A stretch of 32,000 nucleotides of DNA. Source: Pseudoxanthobacter soli DSM 19599 (lineage in GTDB: Bacteria; Pseudomonadota; Alphaproteobacteria; Rhizobiales; Segnochrobactraceae). The DNA lies in the NCBI RefSeq assembly GCF_900148505.1, contig NZ_FRXO01000001.1, positions 860,414 through 892,413 on the forward strand, read 5' to 3'. Shown here one piece after another: positions 27,558 to 32,000 of this stretch; the first letter of the stretch is position 1; every line of letters starts with the position of its first letter. The notes beneath the pieces were generated by a model, which made no database searches, was not told where the DNA came from, and saw nothing but the letters and a program-made list of their open reading frames with translations. The position numbers were made by a program, and so were the translations under genes.

Positions 27558-28808
27558 TCAACTGAAGAATCTATGGGCTTTCTCGATCGCCTCTGCAAGG
27601 CGGTCGACTTCCTCGACCGTGTTGTAGAGGCCGAACGACGCCCGGCATGTCGCCGTCACGCCGTAGTGATCGAGCAGCGGGATGGCACAGTGGGTGCCAG
27701 CCCGGACCGCCACGCCCTCGCGATCGAGGATCGTAGCGATGTCGTGAGCATGGGCGCCCTCCACGGCGAACGACACGATGGCCCCCTTGCCCGGGGCGTT
27801 GCCGTAGATCCGCACGCTGTTCAGCTTGCCGAGGCGCTGGTGGGCATAGTCCCGCAGCGTTTCCTCGTGGGCGCGGATGCGGTCGCGGCCGAGCGCGTCG
27901 ATATAATCGAGCGCGGCGCCGAGGCCGATCGCCTGCACGATCGCCGGCGTGCCCGCCTCGAACTTGAACGGCGGATCGCCGTAGACCACGCCATCCTGCG
28001 ACACCGTGCGGATCATCTCGCCGCCGCCCTGGTAGGGCGGCATCGCTTCGAGATGGGCGCGCTTGGCATAGAGCACGCCGATGCCGGTCGGCCCGTAGAG
28101 CTTGTGGCCGGTCGCGACATAGAAATCGACATCGAGCGCCTGCACGTCGACATCGAGATGCACCGCGCCCTGACTGCCGTCGACCAGCACCGGCACGCCG
28201 TGGGCGTGCGCGATCCGCACGACATCGGCGACCGGCGTCACCGTGCCGGTCACGTTCGACATGTGGGTCACGGCGACCATCTTCGTGCGCGGGCCGATCA
28301 TCGCCTCGAACGCTTCGAGGTCGAACGAATCGTCCGCGCGGACCGGCACCCATTTGATGACCGCGCCGCGCCGCTCGCGATGGAAGTGCCAGGGCACGAT
28401 GTTGGAGTGGTGCTCCATCACCGTGACGATGATCTCGTCGCCCTCGCCGATCACCATGCCGCCGAAGCTCGACGCCACGAGGTTGATCGCCTCGGTCGCC
28501 GAGCGGGTGAACACGATCTCGTCGGTGGACGCGGCATTGAAGAACCGGCGCACGGATTCGCGCGCCTGCTCATAGGCGTCCGTCGCCGCATTCGACAGGA
28601 AGTGCAGCCCGCGGTGGACGTTGGCATATTCTTCCGTGTAGGCGCGCATCATGCGATCAAGCACCGCCTGGGGCTTCTGCGCCGATGCACCGTTGTCGAG
28701 ATAGGTCAACGGCTTGCCGTAAACCGTGCGCGACAGGATGGGGAAATCGGCGCGCACCGACTGAACATCGTAGGCCGCTGCGTCGGCCGGGCGGACGAAG
28801 GTGTTCAT
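27558..28808 (-). CDS. sufS: Cysteine desulfurase SufS (group II)
   Basis: VRADFPILSRTVYGKPLTYLDNGASAQKP...SGHKLYGPTGIGVLY-like ATGHKLYGPTGIGVLY (PLP lysine)...RAGTHCA (active-site Cys). Confidence 0.95.
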   Translation of the reverse strand: MNTFVRPADAAAYDVQSVRADFPILSRTVYGKPLTYLDNGASAQKPQAVLDRMMRAYTEEYANVHRGLHFLSNAATDAYEQARESVRRFFNAASTDEIVFTRSATEAINLVASSFGGMVIGEGDEIIVTVMEHHSNIVPWHFHRERRGAVIKWVPVRADDSFDLEAFEAMIGPRTKMVAVTHMSNVTGTVTPVADVVRIAHAHGVPVLVDGSQGAVHLDVDVQALDVDFYVATGHKLYGPTGIGVLYAKRAHLEAMPPYQGGGEMIRTVSQDGVVYGDPPFKFEAGTPAIVQAIGLGAALDYIDALGRDRIRAHEETLRDYAHQRLGKLNSVRIYGNAPGKGAIVSFAVEGAHAHDIATILDREGVAVRAGTHCAIPLLDHYGVTATCRASFGLYNTVEEVDRLAEAIEKAHRFFS

Positions 28809-30157
28809 CGCACCGCCTCCCGCGCCCGGCGCTGGGCGAGCCGCGCCCGAAGCCGCTCCGACAGCACCTCCGCGATCGCCTCGTCGGCGAACGCCTCGAT
28901 GGATTCGGCCAGGAACGCCTCCAGCAGCAGCGCCTCCGCCTCATGCTGCGGGATGCCGCGCGAGCGCAGATAGAACACCGCGTTATCATCGAGCCGGCCG
29001 GATGTCGCGCCGTGGGCGCATTGCACGTCGTCGGCGAAAATCTCGAGTTCCGGCTTGTTGATGGACTCCGCCTCGTCGCCGATGATGAGCGCCTGCGTCA
29101 TCATCCGCCCGTCGGTGTGCTGGGCGTCCTTGGCAACCTCGATGCGGCCCTGGACCACGGAACGCGCCGCGTCATCGACGACGGCGCGGAACCGCTCGCG
29201 GCTGGCGCAGTCTGGAACGGCATGGGTCACGACCAGCGTGGCGTCCGCCTGTCGGCGGCCGTCGAGCAGGCTCACCGTCTCGAACACCGCTTCCGAATGG
29301 GGGCCGGCGAACGTGACGAAGCCCTCGTTGCGCGAAAGCTGCGCGCCGAACACGACGGACAGGGAATCGAGTCGTGCCTTCGCGCCGAGCCGCACCACGG
29401 CTCCGCCGAGATGAACGGCCGCCTCGCCCTCTTCCTGCAGCCTTGCCCAGGCAACCTTCGCGCCATCGGCGATGTCGAGTTCGACGAGGCTGTCGCTCTG
29501 GTAGGCGACGCCTTCCGGGCCGACGTGGTGCTCGATGAAACGCACCGTCGCCCCCGCGGCCACCGTCACCACATGGCGCGTATGCACCGAAACGGGCTCC
29601 GCCTTCGTGACGACGTGCACGATGGCCACGGGCTCGGCGATCGTCGAACCGGGCGCGACAGAAATCAGGGCGCCGTCGTCGAACAGGGCCGTGTTGAGCT
29701 GCACGATGGGATCGCCCGACGGCGTGGGGAACCGTTCGATGAGCGCGCCGGCGGTCTCGGCACGGGCATCACCGGCCGCGATCAGGGCGCCGAAGGTCGC
29801 GACGGCGACGGCGCCGTCGAGTTGCGACACATCGGACAGCGCAGCGGCATAGCGGCCGTCGACAAACACGATGCGGTGGCGGGCGAGGCCGGCGAAGTCC
29901 CACGGCGCGGACAACGCCGCGGCCGCAACGCCGGTGGGCGCCGGGGCAAGCGTGCGCAACGCCGCCTTGAGGTCGGTGTAGCGATAGGCCTCGACGCGCC
30001 GGCTCGGCAGGCCGGTGCGCTCGAAGGCGCGGTAGGCGTCCTCACGGCGCGCGGCGAGCGCGCCGGGTCCGCCGGCAGGCCGGGCGGCAAAGCGCTCGGC
30101 GATCGCCGTTTCCGCAGCCGTCGCGAGACGGCGGGGTTCGATGGTCATGGCTGCCAC
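28805..30157 (-). CDS. sufD: Fe-S cluster assembly protein SufD
   Basis: 450 aa. C-terminal ELEIFADDVQCAHGATSGRLDDNAVFYLRSRGIPQHEAEALLLEAF is the SufB/SufD family signature. ATGA overlap with sufS. It lies between sufC and sufS. Confidence 0.9.
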   Translation of the reverse strand: MAAMTIEPRRLATAAETAIAERFAARPAGGPGALAARREDAYRAFERTGLPSRRVEAYRYTDLKAALRTLAPAPTGVAAAALSAPWDFAGLARHRIVFVDGRYAAALSDVSQLDGAVAVATFGALIAAGDARAETAGALIERFPTPSGDPIVQLNTALFDDGALISVAPGSTIAEPVAIVHVVTKAEPVSVHTRHVVTVAAGATVRFIEHHVGPEGVAYQSDSLVELDIADGAKVAWARLQEEGEAAVHLGGAVVRLGAKARLDSLSVVFGAQLSRNEGFVTFAGPHSEAVFETVSLLDGRRQADATLVVTHAVPDCASRERFRAVVDDAARSVVQGRIEVAKDAQHTDGRMMTQALIIGDEAESINKPELEIFADDVQCAHGATSGRLDDNAVFYLRSRGIPQHEAEALLLEAFLAESIEAFADEAIAEVLSERLRARLAQRRAREAVR

Positions 30158-30163
30158 CTCCCG

Positions 30164-30913
30164 TCAGGCCGCCTGGCCGACATAATCGGCATAGCCGTGA
30201 GCTTCCAGCTCCAGCGCGAGTTCGCGACCGCCGCTCTTCACGATCCGGCCGTTGGCGAGCACATGGATCACGTCCGGCACGATGTGGTCGAGCAGGCGCT
30301 GATAGTGGGTAATGACGACCATCGCACGATCGGGGCTGCGCAGCGCGTTGACGCCCTCCGAAACGATCTTCAGGGCATCGATGTCGAGGCCGGAATCGGT
30401 TTCGTCGAGCACGCAGAGCCGCGGCTCGAGCACGGCCATCTGAAGGATCTCATTGCGCTTCTTCTCGCCGCCCGAGAACCCGACATTGACGCCGCGCTTC
30501 AGCATTTCCGGTGAAATACCAAGCTTCTCTGCCGCAGTCTTCACGCGCTTCATGAACTCGACGGTCGTCAGTTCCGGCTCGCCACGCGCCTTGCGCTGCG
30601 CCGCGAGCGCGGCCTTCAGGAACGTCATGTTGGCGACGCCCGGGATCTCGACCGGATATTGCAGCGCCAGGAACAGGCCCGCGGCGGCGCGCTCCTCCGG
30701 CTCGATCGCCAGCAGGTCCTCGCCGTCGAGCGTCGCCGTGCCCTCGGTCACCTCGTAGCCGTCGCGGCCGGCGAGCACGTAGGAGAGCGTCGACTTGCCG
30801 GAGCCGTTCGGCCCCATGATGGCGTGGACTTCGCCGGCCGGGACGGTGAGGTCGATCCCCTTCAGGATCTCGCGGTCCTCGACGGTGACGTGCAGGTTGC
30901 GGATTTCCAGCAT
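30164..30913 (-). CDS. sufC: Fe-S cluster assembly ATPase SufC
   Basis: Within ORF 30164-30955. MLEIRNLHVTVEDREILKGIDLTVPAGEVHAIMGPNGSGKSTLS (Walker A), FSGGEKKRNEILQ (ABC signature), LCVLDETDSGLD (Walker B). Confidence 0.96.
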   Translation of the reverse strand: MLEIRNLHVTVEDREILKGIDLTVPAGEVHAIMGPNGSGKSTLSYVLAGRDGYEVTEGTATLDGEDLLAIEPEERAAAGLFLALQYPVEIPGVANMTFLKAALAAQRKARGEPELTTVEFMKRVKTAAEKLGISPEMLKRGVNVGFSGGEKKRNEILQMAVLEPRLCVLDETDSGLDIDALKIVSEGVNALRSPDRAMVVITHYQRLLDHIVPDVIHVLANGRIVKSGGRELALELEAHGYADYVGQAA

Positions 30914-31015
30914 GATGGTCTTCCTGTATCGGCCGCCGGCCGGGCGCAGGCTCAAACGGCGCGCCCGGGGCCTTGGCGGCAGGGATATTCGAACGAAACG
31001 CGGGAGGCGCCGGCC

Positions 31016-32000
<985 letters not shown>

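Noticed and set aside
30914-31015. 102-nt sufB-sufC spacer with an 8-bp hairpin (CCGGGCGC 30940-30947 / GCGCCCGG 30961-30968) as a regulatory element
   Set aside because: GC-rich 8-bp hairpins of this kind occur by chance throughout this composition. No U-run or alternative pairing is evident. It is most simply an intra-operon spacer.

Overview
GC-rich (roughly two-thirds G+C by eye) DNA that looks like core chromosome of an alphaproteobacterium. Gene content and order resemble Hyphomicrobiales/Rhizobiales; this is inferred from protein motifs and synteny, as no search was run. I can support 33 protein-coding genes (two cut by the window edges) and one tRNA. In order: guaB (5' end) / MFS transporter / rlmE-ppx / rpsI-rplM / secreted hypothetical, CoA-binding protein, metY / secreted Pro-rich hypothetical, ctaA / DUF2842 / orphan PCP (BY-kinase)-like protein / tRNA-Pro(GGG) / DJ-1-PfpI protein, aminotransferase / M48-TPR protease, DsbA-like protein, aroQ-accB-accC, aat / DUF2155 / oxyR divergent from katA / degenerate GGDEF protein / tfoX-like, tenA, sufA-sufT-sufS-sufD-sufC-sufB (3' part). 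No transposase, integrase, phage, CRISPR, restriction-modification, toxin-antitoxin or other recognisable defence or mobile genes are visible. The many long antisense ORFs are GC-driven shadows. I do not see a convincing novel multi-gene system. The best candidates for something undescribed are: (i) an unannotated, densely structured ~240-nt locus with its own strong minus-strand intrinsic terminator next to tRNA-Pro; (ii) the adjacent orphan polysaccharide-co-polymerase-like gene, whose kinase motifs are all degenerate; (iii) a GGDEF-fold protein with a destroyed active site; (iv) a 25-bp out-of-frame tandem duplication that rewrites the C-terminus of a TfoX-like gene at the tail of the suf cluster.
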